Source: Bryobacterales bacterium
GTDB taxonomy: Bacteria > Acidobacteriota > Terriglobia > Bryobacterales > UBA6623
Assembly: GCA_963422375.2 (NCBI GenBank)
Contig: OY729428.2
Span: 2,752,001-2,816,000 of the forward strand
Length of the DNA stretch: 64,000 bases
Direction: 5' to 3'
Shown here in pieces: positions 1-10,657 of the stretch. Position 1 is the first letter of the stretch; every line of letters starts with the position of its first letter. The translations under genes and the position numbers were made by a program. Below the pieces are notes generated by a model. The model did not search any database. It saw only the letters and a program-made list of their open reading frames with translations, and was not told the DNA's origin.

Positions 1-909
1 CTCGTCGAGGTAGTCCAGCAACCGCCCCATGTTCTCGTCGATCGAGTAGACGCACTGCAGGTAGCGCCGCATGTAGATCCGGTACTGGGCCGCGCGCAGG
101 ACGCTCCCCTCCAGCCCGGCGAGGTCCCGTTCCCACGCTGCAATCTCGTCCGGCCGGTATCGCACCCGGCGCAGGAACCAGCTCCACTCGGGCACGCCGT
201 ACGACGTGTGGCGGTGCCCGATCCTCTCGACGGTCTCGCGCAAGGCGATCCTGCTCGAGACGTCCTCGTGCAGCGTCGGCGGCTCGGGAATCGCCCCGGA
301 GAAGAGACCGGCATGCTCGCGCTTCGGCACGAACACGTCGTGAGGCGCCTTGTGGTGGTACATGAGGAAGAACGGCCGGTCCTCGGGGCGGCCGTCCAAG
401 AATCGGAGCGCCTGATCCGTGATGACGTCTGTCACGTAGCCCTCGTGTCTCCGGCTCTCGGGCCATGCGCCCGTGTAGCGCAGGTCCGGGTCGTAATAGA
501 GGCCCTGTCCCGGCAGGACCGCGTATTCGTCGAAGCCGGTCGGCTCGCTCTTCAAATGCCATTTCCCGATCATTCCGGTGTAGTAGCCCGCAGCCCGGAG
601 ATACTTGGCCAGAGTCGGCTGGGAACCGTCGAAGGTGTCGAGCAGCGTCAGGACTCCGTTCTTGTGGCTGTGCTTGCCCGTCAGCACTACCGCCCTGCTC
701 GGCGTGCAAATCGAATTGGTCACGAAGGCTGCGTCGAAGCGCGCGCCCTCGCGCGCAAGGCGATCAAGATTGGGCGTGGAGATGAGATCCCCGCCGTAGG
801 CGCTCAGCGCAGGCACGGCGTGGTCGTCGCTCATGACGAAGATGATGTTGGGAGCCGCCCCTGCGAGGACCGGCGCTAGGAGCAGAGCGATCGTTCGAAC
901 TGGCACCAT
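1..909 (-). CDS. Sulfatase (Cys-type), runs off the left edge of the window
   Basis: Not in the ORF track; read manually on the minus strand: MVPVRTIALLLAPVLAGAAPNIIFVMSDDH...TPNLDRLAREGARF..AFVTNSICTPSRA..LTGKHSH (CxPxR motif, signal peptide). TAGAAT sits 7 nt upstream of ATG 909; alternative ATG at 915. Confidence 0.9.
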   Translation of the reverse strand, partial: MVPVRTIALLLAPVLAGAAPNIIFVMSDDHAVPALSAYGGDLISTPNLDRLAREGARFDAAFVTNSICTPSRAVVLTGKHSHKNGVLTLLDTFDGSQPTLAKYLRAAGYYTGMIGKWHLKSEPTGFDEYAVLPGQGLYYDPDLRYTGAWPESRRHEGYVTDVITDQALRFLDGRPEDRPFFLMYHHKAPHDVFVPKREHAGLFSGAIPEPPTLHEDVSSRIALRETVERIGHRHTSYGVPEWSWFLRRVRYRPDEIAAWERDLAGLEGSVLRAAQYRIYMRRYLQCVYSIDENMGRLLDYLDE

Positions 910-958
910 GGGCATGATTCTAGCGATGCGGCGTGGTAGCCGCCGCGGCGAGGCAGCG

Positions 959-3136
959 CTAGGAAAGCCCGATGCGGACGACCGTCACCGAATGCCTCGG
1001 CAGGTCGAGAGCGAAGCTCGGCCCGGGAATCCTGATGCTCGCCTCGCGACCGGCGATCCGGCCCGGCTCGGCGAAGGTGTTGGCCGTCTCGAGGTCCGGC
1101 GCTGTGATGACTACGACGGTCGCCGTCGCGTCCAGTTCCCCGGCGAGGTTCTCCAAGTCGATTTCGGCACGAATCGAACGCACGGCGGACACGTTCACGG
1201 CCTTGATGTAGAGTTCCGATCCGGAATCGTTCGTCGAGACCGACACGTCGAGGGCGGGCACCTCCTGGCCGAGCGAGGGGTGGCCGGGGTCGAGCGACAG
1301 TTCGCACTGCACGTCCGCCCTGACGCGCCAGTCGCCGCGGAAGCGGCTGTAGGCCTCGACCACCGAGTACGTGGCCGTGGTGAACACGTCGTGCCGGCTG
1401 GCCTGGATGACCCCGCCGGGCCATCCGTTCACGAGATCCGAGACGGCGCTCATCCGAATCAGGTCGCCCTGCCTTTCGAATACGTTCATCAGGCGGGCAC
1501 CGTAGAGAGCCGACTCCATCGTGTGCTGCCGCGGAATGCCGAAGGTCGTGTTCCATTCGTTGAGCGCCACCCCGATATCGCGCCCGGGCACGGTTTCCGC
1601 GATCATTTGGCGAATGCGCCGGTAGAGCCCCTCGTACCAGAGGGGCCTCGCCATCAGAGCCGCGTAGCCGGGCGGGTCTTCCGGTTTCGGGCGGTAGTGG
1701 TGGATTGCCAGCAGGTCGATCTGGCTGCCGATCGCCTCCAGCACCGTGCGGTTCCACTCGGGCTCCTCGTCTCCGACCGCGATGATCTTGATCGACGGGT
1801 CCGCCTCCTTCATGGCCCGGATGTACCGTTGCGCATTGGCAGCGTAGACCGATGCGTCCGAGTGCCCGCGCACCCAGTCCCCCCAGATCTCGTTGCCGAT
1901 CTCCCAGTACTCCACCCCGAACGGCTCGGCGTGTCCGTCGCGGGCGCGGAGCGCGCCGTAACGGGAGCTCGCGAGGCCGTTGACGTACTCGACCCAGCCA
2001 GCGGCGTCCCCGGCTGTCGCCGGCCGCGAGTGCCGGCGGATGTCCCTGCCCTCAGCGCGCAGACGCGCCGCCTCGCCGACCGTGGCGCCGCGGCCCTCGA
2101 CGTTGACCACGATATTGGGCTCCGCTCCGACGGCGCGACAGAACGCCAAGTACTCGAGCGTGCCGAAGTCCGCGGGCTCGGGGTCGTTGTCCCAGGACAT
2201 GTTGACCCAGAGGGGCCGCTCGTCTCGGGGGCCGACGCCCCATTGCCAGTGGTAGTCCTGCGCCACGTTGCCGCCCGGCCAGCGGATGAACGCGGGGCGC
2301 AGCGCCCGGATCCTCCCGAGCACGTCCGCCCGAACCCCGCCGACCGCGTCTCCGGGCATCAGCGAGACCTGGTCGATCCAAATGACTCCGACGCCCAAGA
2401 CCTTCAGGGCGAAGCGCGCGCGCGGGTCCGATTCGTCCGCGGGCAATTCAAAGTCGTATCGTGTCCAATCGCCGGGTATACCCGAAAGCTCCCGAACCGA
2501 GTAAACCGCTCCGCCCGAGCGATCCTCCTCGAGCGACACGCTGAGCGCGCCGGGGAACGGCCCGCCCGCATCCATGCCCTCCGGGCCGCGAGCGATGCCG
2601 GCGGCCTTGAGCATGACGGATCCCCGGTACGTGACGTTGGCCCGAACCGGAATCCCCGACTGGAACATGCCGTGTCCTCTCTGCTCGGGCAGCGTGTTCA
2701 CCAGGACCTGGGCGCGATTCTCGAACGAGGTCGGGTAGCCCTGCTCCGAAAGGCCGTGCGCCTGGCCGCCCAGCGCGAAGCCATTCGCGTGATTGCGCGT
2801 GTCGGGGTAGCGCTCCCAGTAGTGCGCCGCAGCCGGGGGCGGAGCCGTAGCCTCGAAGCCCCGGTTGACCAGAAGCTCCGCCCACAGGCCGCCCTTGATG
2901 TTCTCGAACATGAATTCGGCGAACTGGCCGTACAGCAATTCGCTGACTGGATTGACTCGCTCGGCCGCGTCGATTCGGATGACAGCGGGCACCGGGGCAT
3001 CGCTCGGATCGGGCGACGGTTCGCTGCAGGCCGGAACACCGGCCATCGCGACCGCGCAAGCCGCCAGGACGGCAAGTCGATCCCAGTGCAGCCCCGCCGG
3101 CCGACCGCGAACCTCCGCACTTGATGGATGCATCAT
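959..3136 (-). CDS. Alpha-L-arabinofuranosidase, GH51-like, exported
   Basis: LYGQFAE, IRWPGGN, YWEIGNEIWG and LNEWN motifs; C-terminal beta-sandwich; lipoprotein-like signal (VPACS). Start codon uncertain. Confidence 0.85.
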   Translation of the reverse strand: MMHPSSAEVRGRPAGLHWDRLAVLAACAVAMAGVPACSEPSPDPSDAPVPAVIRIDAAERVNPVSELLYGQFAEFMFENIKGGLWAELLVNRGFEATAPPPAAAHYWERYPDTRNHANGFALGGQAHGLSEQGYPTSFENRAQVLVNTLPEQRGHGMFQSGIPVRANVTYRGSVMLKAAGIARGPEGMDAGGPFPGALSVSLEEDRSGGAVYSVRELSGIPGDWTRYDFELPADESDPRARFALKVLGVGVIWIDQVSLMPGDAVGGVRADVLGRIRALRPAFIRWPGGNVAQDYHWQWGVGPRDERPLWVNMSWDNDPEPADFGTLEYLAFCRAVGAEPNIVVNVEGRGATVGEAARLRAEGRDIRRHSRPATAGDAAGWVEYVNGLASSRYGALRARDGHAEPFGVEYWEIGNEIWGDWVRGHSDASVYAANAQRYIRAMKEADPSIKIIAVGDEEPEWNRTVLEAIGSQIDLLAIHHYRPKPEDPPGYAALMARPLWYEGLYRRIRQMIAETVPGRDIGVALNEWNTTFGIPRQHTMESALYGARLMNVFERQGDLIRMSAVSDLVNGWPGGVIQASRHDVFTTATYSVVEAYSRFRGDWRVRADVQCELSLDPGHPSLGQEVPALDVSVSTNDSGSELYIKAVNVSAVRSIRAEIDLENLAGELDATATVVVITAPDLETANTFAEPGRIAGREASIRIPGPSFALDLPRHSVTVVRIGLS

Positions 3137-3605
3137 GGGAATCGCCCCTGACCGCCTTGGCCGTGAACCGCCCCGCAGCGGCGGTCCGTCGCGGCCAGAC
3201 GGCGCGCTGGAAGTATCGCCCATCTCCCGAGTTGCATTCAAGGCCGCGGCTGGGTGTGTCAGTTGTTCCCGGCACCGATCCCGTGGTCGTGGCGATGTCT
3301 GCGGCGCCGTCCCGCCGATCCGCCTACCGGACAATCTGGTCCGGCCGCGATCATCGGCTACGAGGAGCGCGACGTTGGCCCGACTGCCCGCTACAGTTGC
3401 GCACAGCTCGCCGCGGGAAGGATCTCGGCCGCGCCAGCTCGGACGGACCAGCGCCTGGAACCCTCGTCCGGCAGCAGCCAAGCGAGCCTCCGAGAGGCAC
3501 CGGGGCGCTACCCCGGCATCGACCTGACCGCCTCACATGCCACCCCTAGCGTGCCTGCGGGACGCGGGCGCGCGCCCGGCGCACCGGACCCCGGCCGCCG
3601 CAGTA

Positions 3606-4925
3606 CTACCGCCGCGGCATCTCGGACCAACGGTCCAGTTCCCCGCGCAGCTCGTCAAGCTGGGCCCGATACGCGCCCCTCCCGGCAAGGTTGCGACTCT
3701 CGAGAGGATCCGCCTCCAAATCGTATAGCTCCTCCGCCGGCCGCGGCAGCGGGTACGGCTGTCTCAGGGTGTCCTCGCCCATGTTCTGCCAGTTGCGGAT
3801 CACCTGGGGCCAGATCAGCGGCTCGTCCCTGGTGTGATTCCGGATCAGCTTGAATCGACGCCCCCGCACCGCCGACAGGTGGTTTCGCTCGTGATGCTCG
3901 GAAAACACGTAGCGCCGTCCGGCCCCCTCGCGTCCTGCGAGGCGCGAGCTGAGATCGAGCCCTTGGCAGGACTCCGGCGCGGAGCCGCCGGCCAGTGCCA
4001 TCAGGGTCGGGGCGATATCCACCGTTGAGGCGAGCCCGAGGTCGACCCGGCCGCTGCCGGAAACTCCCGGGCCGCGCAGGATCAGGCTGGAATGCGTTCC
4101 CCACTCGTAGAGCGAGAACTTGGCGCGATGCAGCGACGGCCCGTGGTCCGTCAAGAAGGCGATCACTGTGCGGTCAGCCTCGCCGCTTCGGTCGAGCGCT
4201 CCGAGCAGCTGGCCGATCTCGTCGTCCATCTTGCTCGTCTCCGAAAGGTACAGCGCGTATTGCTCGCGGACCTGCGGAGTGTCCTTCAGGTAAGGCGGGA
4301 GGCACTCCGCCACCTCTTCGGGCGCGTACTCGAAGCCTTCCTGGCTGCGGAACGGACGGTGCGTGTGCGTCGGACAGAAATACAGGCAGAAGGGCCGGTC
4401 GTGCGGCCGCCCGAGAAACGCAACGGACTCCTCGAGATAGGTATCCCGGCGTGGGAAGCCGTGCTCGAAGCCGTGCGCGAGCGGCCCCGCGGTCGACAAG
4501 TGCCACTTGCGGGCCGCGGCGTTCTCGTAACCCATTTTCCTGAGGCCTTGGGCGAACGTCCAGACGTCTTGCCGCAGCGAGAACCGTTCGGCATCCTCGC
4601 CCTGGACGAGCCGCGTGACGCCCGACACGTGGGGGTACAGCCCGGTCATCACCGCGCCGCGCCCCGGGCTGCATAGAGGGGCGGTCGTGTAGCAATGCGT
4701 GAAGCGCACGCCCTCAAACGCCAACCGGTCGAGATGCGGAGTGCGGACAACCGGATGACCGTAGCACCCTAGGTCGTTCCAGCCGTGATCATCGGCCACG
4801 ATCACGAGGAAGTTCGGCGGTCGTGCCTGCGCACGCGCTAGGGCCGCCGGGAGGCCTGCCATCACGGCTCTCCGAGTGACCGAAGCGTGGAACCGGCCGG
4901 GCCCGCCTTCCGCGTCGCCGGCCAA
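3606..4925 (-). CDS. Sulfatase (N-sulfoglucosamine sulfohydrolase-like)
   Basis: PNFLVIVADDHG, CSPGR, TDHG and EELYDLEADP motifs; TRRAV Tat-like signal. Start uncertain (TTG 4925 or ATG 4862). Confidence 0.88.
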   Translation of the reverse strand: MAGDAEGGPGRFHASVTRRAVMAGLPAALARAQARPPNFLVIVADDHGWNDLGCYGHPVVRTPHLDRLAFEGVRFTHCYTTAPLCSPGRGAVMTGLYPHVSGVTRLVQGEDAERFSLRQDVWTFAQGLRKMGYENAAARKWHLSTAGPLAHGFEHGFPRRDTYLEESVAFLGRPHDRPFCLYFCPTHTHRPFRSQEGFEYAPEEVAECLPPYLKDTPQVREQYALYLSETSKMDDEIGQLLGALDRSGEADRTVIAFLTDHGPSLHRAKFSLYEWGTHSSLILRGPGVSGSGRVDLGLASTVDIAPTLMALAGGSAPESCQGLDLSSRLAGREGAGRRYVFSEHHERNHLSAVRGRRFKLIRNHTRDEPLIWPQVIRNWQNMGEDTLRQPYPLPRPAEELYDLEADPLESRNLAGRGAYRAQLDELRGELDRWSEMPRR

Positions 4926-5129
4926 GCTGTCCCGGCCATCGCCGACTGCATTGAATTCATCGCTCGCCTGCAATCGAACTCTTCCGAAAGGAAATCCTAC
5001 CAGCCTGCCCGTGCAGAACGCAGGCACTGGGTCGGCTCTGGTACAACGTAGAGCGGGCCGAACCTCCGGGGTCGCGAGCGACCGCCAGCGAGGGACGGGC
5101 CCGAGCGCCCTCCTCTCCGAGGCCAAGCC

Positions 5130-6407
5130 ATGCCGTGCAAGCGAATCCCCATCCCTGTCGCGGCCGCCGCGGCGGTCCTCGCCGCAGCGGTCCTCGCGTC
5201 CCCTGCGACACTTCCCGATTCGGCGCTGGCCGGATTCTCAGCGGAGCGCCTGACCCGGATCGACAGGACCATTCAAGGCTACGTCGACCGCGGCCAAGTC
5301 CCCGGGGCCGTGGGCCTCATCGCGCGCGGCGGCAAGATCGTCTACCACAGGAGCTTCGGTTTCCGCGACGTCGAATCCAAGGCCGCCATGGCGAACGACG
5401 CGATCTTTCGCATCGCGTCAATGACCAAGCCCATCGCGTCGGTCGCCGCGATGACGCTGTGGGAAGAGGGCAGATTCCAGCTGCGAGACCCCGTCTCCAG
5501 GTACATGCCGGAGTTCTCCGACATGCAGGTCGCGCTGCCCGTCGCACCCGGGGAGAGCTACCGCGGACCGTACCGAACAGTTGCGGCGTCGCGGCCGATC
5601 ACGATCCAGCACCTGCTGACCCACACCGCCGGCCTCCCTAATCCGTACAGGGGGATCACCCGCGAGATGTACAGCCAACTCCGCTCCAGTCGCAAACCGG
5701 GCGGAACGGTGGCCGACTATGTCAGCGCGCTGTCGAAGCTACCTCTCAACTTCGAGCCGGGGACTCGCTGGGAGTACGGCCCGGCGACCGACGTTCTCGG
5801 CCGGCTGGTCGAGGTCCTCTCGGGAATGACGCTGAACGAATTCCTGAGCGAGCGCATCTTCGAGCCGCTCGGCATGAATGACACTCATTTCTACATCCCG
5901 CGATCCAAGGTCCCGCGCTTCGCGGCGCTCTATCAGCCGGATGACGACGGCAAGATCGAACTGCAGGAAGCGCCGGACGAGAACAGCCGCTGGATCAGGG
6001 AGCCCCACGCGTATTTCAGCGCGGGCGGCGGGCTGGCCTCGACGACGACGGACTACTTCCGCTTCCACCAGATGATGCTCAACGGCGGGGAGCTGGACGG
6101 CGTGCGGATTCTCGGCCCCCGCACCGTGCGGCTAATGACCTCGAACCACACGGCCGATCTGCCAATCTGGCTCCGCGGCCCCGGCTTCGGTTTCGGACTG
6201 GGCTACTCAATCACCGTAGACCAAGGCCTCTCGGCGATGCCGAGCGCGGTCGGCACCTACGGATGGGGCGGCGCCTACTGCACGGTCTTCTGGGTGGATC
6301 CGGCCGACGAAGTGATCGGCATCCTGATGACGCAGGTGCGACCCTACACGCACCTGAACATCCGCCAAGACTTCCAGACGCTCGCGTATCAAGCGCTGGT
6401 CGACTGA
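5130..6407 (+). CDS. Serine hydrolase, beta-lactamase class C/EstB family
   Basis: FRIASMTK (SxxK), HLLTHTAGL, FEPGTRWEYG and YGWGG motifs; signal peptide. Confidence 0.9.
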   Translation: MPCKRIPIPVAAAAAVLAAAVLASPATLPDSALAGFSAERLTRIDRTIQGYVDRGQVPGAVGLIARGGKIVYHRSFGFRDVESKAAMANDAIFRIASMTKPIASVAAMTLWEEGRFQLRDPVSRYMPEFSDMQVALPVAPGESYRGPYRTVAASRPITIQHLLTHTAGLPNPYRGITREMYSQLRSSRKPGGTVADYVSALSKLPLNFEPGTRWEYGPATDVLGRLVEVLSGMTLNEFLSERIFEPLGMNDTHFYIPRSKVPRFAALYQPDDDGKIELQEAPDENSRWIREPHAYFSAGGGLASTTTDYFRFHQMMLNGGELDGVRILGPRTVRLMTSNHTADLPIWLRGPGFGFGLGYSITVDQGLSAMPSAVGTYGWGGAYCTVFWVDPADEVIGILMTQVRPYTHLNIRQDFQTLAYQALVD

Positions 6408-6446
6408 CAGAGCGGCGTCAGCCCGGCGACCGGCCGTCGGACGGCC

Positions 6447-9400
6447 TTACCGGCGACCTACGAAGATCGGCGACGACCAAGCGACTTCGCCCGCCTTCTC
6501 GGGCTCCTCTTCGCTGAAGCTCTGGATCACGCGGAGGTAATAGAAGCTCTCGCTGGGATCGGGCCGCGGCCGGATTCCCGTTTCCGGCCGCTCCCAGTCG
6601 GAGATGGTCACGGTCGGCGCCATGGACGTGTCGCCGAAGTCCGCGTCGCGATACTCGAAATCGAGCTCGCGTCTGCCCTCTCCCCGATACGTGTACACGG
6701 ACCGGTTGTTCTTGATCACCTCGACTTTCAGGATCGGTTCGGTGCCGCGCACGCGAACCGAGAGCACCGGGGCGTCGGCGACCGCCGCAATGGCCCCTTG
6801 GTGGAGGCCGGCCGCGTGGAAATCGAGCGCGATGTTGTCCGTGGAGGCGTAAGTGCGCCGGTTGCGAAACGCGTCGAGCAGGTCCTCCCTAGTTGTCAAA
6901 CGGTCGGGCACGATGAGGTTGGCGTACGAAATGTGCGTCGAGTAGTGGTCGCTCGAGGCGATGAACCCCATGCGGTACCCCACGCCCAAGGCGTTTTGCA
7001 CGAGCCCGCGCTGGTGAGGCGCACGGCCCGCCGAGCCCAGGCCCGGAGCGTCCGGGAGGGCAGCGCGCGGGCCGCCCTGCGTCTCGTACGAGTTCCGGTC
7101 GCCTTGATAGATCTCGGTCACCGGAATCACCTCGTCGTTGCGGCGCTTCCAGTCCGTGCCCATGGTCGTCGCCGACGTGTGCGGGATGCCGATGCCGCCC
7201 GTTCGCTTCAGGTAGGCCCAAAGTTTCGGAGGGTCCGTGTCGAGCAGCTCGGGTCTCTCGCGCACGTGCAGCTTCGGCACGCGCAGGCTGAAGACGCCGC
7301 GGCGAGCGTGGAAGATGTTGCGGTGACCCAGCGGAAAGTTCACCGTGCGCTCGTAGCCGTAGAGCGGGGTGAACCGGCCCGGCACGTGGAAGAGGTCGGC
7401 TGATTTCTGGGTCCGCCAGAACTGGAACTCGTTGTCCGAGGTCGGATCCTCCGGTTCGTCGGTGTCGAGCCACTGGCCGTAGTTGTGGTCGCTCACGCCG
7501 AGGAAGTCGAGCTGGGCTGCGTCGAGGGCGTACCTGTAGGCGTCCACAAGAGTGCCGTCGAGGGCCCCGTCCATCGATGTTTCGGTATGGCGATGCAGGT
7601 CGCCCCGGACCACCTTCCAAGTCGTCCCTCCGAGGCTGATCCTGTGGCTTCGGATTCTCCGCAGGTCGGCTTCCTCGCTCGCGTGCGTCGGCTCGTACGC
7701 AGGCGCGGCGGACGCCCGGAAGGGCTCGAGATCGGCCCGTCCGCGCTCGCCGCGCACGTGGCGGCCCTCGATTCGAAGGACGGACACGTCGTGGTGCTTC
7801 GGCAGGCCAACCGGCATGCGGCGACCGTCGCCCACGACGGCTGCGACCAGCGAGCCGCCTGCGGCGGGCGCAGCGGCAACCAGGGTGTCCTGCCTGCCCG
7901 TGCTGCCTGTCAGCAGCACGGGCGAGATCCACTCCCCGCCGGCCCACGTGGTGGCGTAGAGGTCGAAGAAATGACCGCCATGGCGACCTGCAGCCCGCCA
8001 CTGGTGGCGGAGCAGGACCCAGACGCCGCCGTCACCGTCCAGCACCAGGCGAGGGTTCTGAAACAGCTGCGGGTTGACGAAGTCCGGCACCGTAGCGTAA
8101 GGGGACTGCGCAGGTTGGAGCCACTCGCCGCCTTCGAGCACGGCGAGGCGCGGCTTTCTCGGCCCGCGGGGATCGTAGAGACGCGAGCCGTCCTTCAGAT
8201 TGATTTCGTGCCGAGGATTCGCATACCCGAAGTCCTTGCCCCAGTTGACGGAACCCTCCTCCCACGCGACCCACACGCGGCCGTCGCGGTCGACCTCGAC
8301 GTCGGCCCTCATCTCGGCGAACGGCGTCGCGGACACTTCGACAATCGGGCCCTCGCCAGTCGAGGTGACGCTGCGCAGCAGAAGGTCGAAACCGTTCTCC
8401 CTGTAGCTGTCCCATGCGACCCAAGCCCTGCCGGCAGCGTCGGCCGCCACCGCCGGCTCCCAGTCGTCTTCGGGCGAGCCGGTCAGGTTCACTTCGGGGC
8501 CCCAAGAAGAGCCCTCGAAGCGGCGCAGCAGAATGTCGCTCTGGGGCCGGCCGCCGTCCGGCGAGTCGCGGAAGCCGGCCCATACGAGGTGCAGGGTGCC
8601 GTCCGCGCCCGTGGCGAGGTCGTGGAATGCATCGGGCCTGGGATCGGCTGTCAGACGGACCGGCTCCGACGCACTGCCGTCGCCGAGCTTCCGGGCGTAG
8701 AGGTCGAAGTTCCCCGAGCCGAGCTCCTTCTGCACCGAGTACACGCACCAGACCTGCCCGGAGGCGTCCTCGCCCAACTTGACGCGGAAGTGGTCCCCGC
8801 CGGGGCTCACGGCGCCGGGCTCGGACCAATTCCTGCCATCCGGACTGCGTGCAACCATGATCCGGTCCTCGCCGCTGAGATACGGGCCGTCGCGACGCAC
8901 GGTCGTGAACGCGACCCACGCGAGCCAGTACTCCCCGTCTCTTGTTCGCAGGACCGCCGGATCGCCGTCCTCGGTATTGGGCGAAGACACTACCTGCGGA
9001 TACGGCACGCGATCAATCATCACGGCCCGTCCGTACGAGGACGGCCGGTAGGACTCGCCATAAGAAAGGTCCGACGGCGTGAACTCGGTCTCGCCGCGCC
9101 GGAGAAACAACTTGAACGGAACGCTCTCCGGACTGTTGATGGCAAGCACGACGCCGGGTGCAGCGACGTCACCCCCGACCGAGCGGGTCTGGATGTCCCA
9201 TCGCGCGGGCGGTCTCAGCACGTCCTCGTCGTGGAGATGCCATCCGAGGATGGCCCGCAGCGTCGACTTGTCTTCGACTCCGCCGTTCCAGACCTGACCG
9301 TGAGTGCGTCTCTCCGTGGAGAACGTGACCCTGAAGGCGGAGTCGGCTATCGCAGGAGGGACCAGAGCCACAATCAGCACCAGTGCGCCCACGGAGCGGA

Positions 9401-9500
9401 ACGCTACTGAATGTCGCCGTCGATCCTGCCCAGGCGATTTCCGCGGGATCGCACCGCTCCGTGTCGATCGCTGGATAAGCATCATCGGCGAGCACGTCAT
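6447..9500 (-). CDS. Large exported protein: beta-propeller-like repeats plus C-terminal PHP-type (CehA/McbA- or DUF3604-like) metallohydrolase domain
   Basis: Repeated D.xG.WVAW blades; GDLHRHT, VSDHN, GHRN, IPHT and ASSDH metal-binding motifs; C-terminal YYLRV..AWSSPIFV. Confidence 0.7.
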   Translation of the reverse strand: MTCSPMMLIQRSTRSGAIPRKSPGQDRRRHSVAFRSVGALVLIVALVPPAIADSAFRVTFSTERRTHGQVWNGGVEDKSTLRAILGWHLHDEDVLRPPARWDIQTRSVGGDVAAPGVVLAINSPESVPFKLFLRRGETEFTPSDLSYGESYRPSSYGRAVMIDRVPYPQVVSSPNTEDGDPAVLRTRDGEYWLAWVAFTTVRRDGPYLSGEDRIMVARSPDGRNWSEPGAVSPGGDHFRVKLGEDASGQVWCVYSVQKELGSGNFDLYARKLGDGSASEPVRLTADPRPDAFHDLATGADGTLHLVWAGFRDSPDGGRPQSDILLRRFEGSSWGPEVNLTGSPEDDWEPAVAADAAGRAWVAWDSYRENGFDLLLRSVTSTGEGPIVEVSATPFAEMRADVEVDRDGRVWVAWEEGSVNWGKDFGYANPRHEINLKDGSRLYDPRGPRKPRLAVLEGGEWLQPAQSPYATVPDFVNPQLFQNPRLVLDGDGGVWVLLRHQWRAAGRHGGHFFDLYATTWAGGEWISPVLLTGSTGRQDTLVAAAPAAGGSLVAAVVGDGRRMPVGLPKHHDVSVLRIEGRHVRGERGRADLEPFRASAAPAYEPTHASEEADLRRIRSHRISLGGTTWKVVRGDLHRHTETSMDGALDGTLVDAYRYALDAAQLDFLGVSDHNYGQWLDTDEPEDPTSDNEFQFWRTQKSADLFHVPGRFTPLYGYERTVNFPLGHRNIFHARRGVFSLRVPKLHVRERPELLDTDPPKLWAYLKRTGGIGIPHTSATTMGTDWKRRNDEVIPVTEIYQGDRNSYETQGGPRAALPDAPGLGSAGRAPHQRGLVQNALGVGYRMGFIASSDHYSTHISYANLIVPDRLTTREDLLDAFRNRRTYASTDNIALDFHAAGLHQGAIAAVADAPVLSVRVRGTEPILKVEVIKNNRSVYTYRGEGRRELDFEYRDADFGDTSMAPTVTISDWERPETGIRPRPDPSESFYYLRVIQSFSEEEPEKAGEVAWSSPIFVGRR

Positions 9501-10657
9501 CGACCATGATTCTGGCACGTGCGGCAGCAATCCGGTTATTCAATGCCATATTGGCTTGGCGCGTGGACTGGTTCCGGACTGAGCCATCCCGGGGGCGTCC
9601 CGCTTGCGACCTGGCAGGTACGAGACATCCAACGGACGCGAAGAAGGACACCAGCTGCAAGCGGCCTCGCCCCGACGTTCGCCCAGGCCGTGGCACGTCC
9701 ATGGATACGGTGCGGGCTCCAGTCGCCAGGACCCGACTCAAACCTGCGACAGGACCAATGAGACGTTGTGAAGTGAAAATCTTCGGTCGGTTCGGGACTT
9801 GCCCCGCCCTATGGACGACGGAACGTCAGTGACTGGGTCAGGGCGCACGTGTTTGCCCAACTCAACTGCGAAGGGAGACGCCCAACAGGCCAAGCCCCGT
9901 GCTACCGAGAATGTCCACGGCAGGTGATGGAGTGACCGCCTCCTCCCGAGACACCATCCGTCTCCGAGTCGGTCATGCCTTTACAACTGCTGCGAGGTAA
10001 ATCTGACTGTGAACCATCGCAACCGACTGAGACATCGCCACGAACCTCCCACGGTCGTCTCATTCGAACCCTCGCATGCATTCCGTCCGCGAGAATTCAA
10101 GCTGGACAAGGAGTTGACAGAGGCCATCCCAGAAAAAGCAATTGGACAGCTTCGTTGGAAGCAATCTCAGCACTTCGAACTGAACGATACGGGCGTACAG
10201 TAGATTCGGCCAATGCCCGTCTGCTCCACACGACGCGGTCAGCGCCCGATTGACTTCGATCTCCAAGATGGGCGACATTCGAAATAAGACATTGCATCGA
10301 CCTACCGAAGACGAATCTCTAGATGAGACAAGAGATTCCGATGAGGTGCCTGTGCAGCCATAGCAATTCTAGTCAAGATGTCTAAGCACTCGGCGACACC
10401 CTCCGTGGCCGTACTGTCGATCGAGAGGTGGTGGACGTCAGCAAGGTCAAGCGCGAGCAGGACCTAGGAGCATGAGGAGGCCGTTGCTGGCTATGGTCCC
10501 GATGCGGCGACCCCGTACATGATCGGCATATCTGATGGGCGAGGGTAGCGATCCGGTCTACACTGATCTGATATTGGTCCGATACCTGATTTGATCAAGC
10601 GGCTAGACGGCGATAGATATCAACAAGAACTACGCACGATGAATAGCCCACTTGCCG

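Noticed and set aside
9721..9756. tRNA 3'-half-like sequence on the minus strand (GTCGCAGGTTTGAGTCGGGTCCTGGCGAC), a possible att site at the island edge
   Set aside because: The T-stem does not pair, TTCGA and CCA are absent, and no second copy or integrase is in the window.
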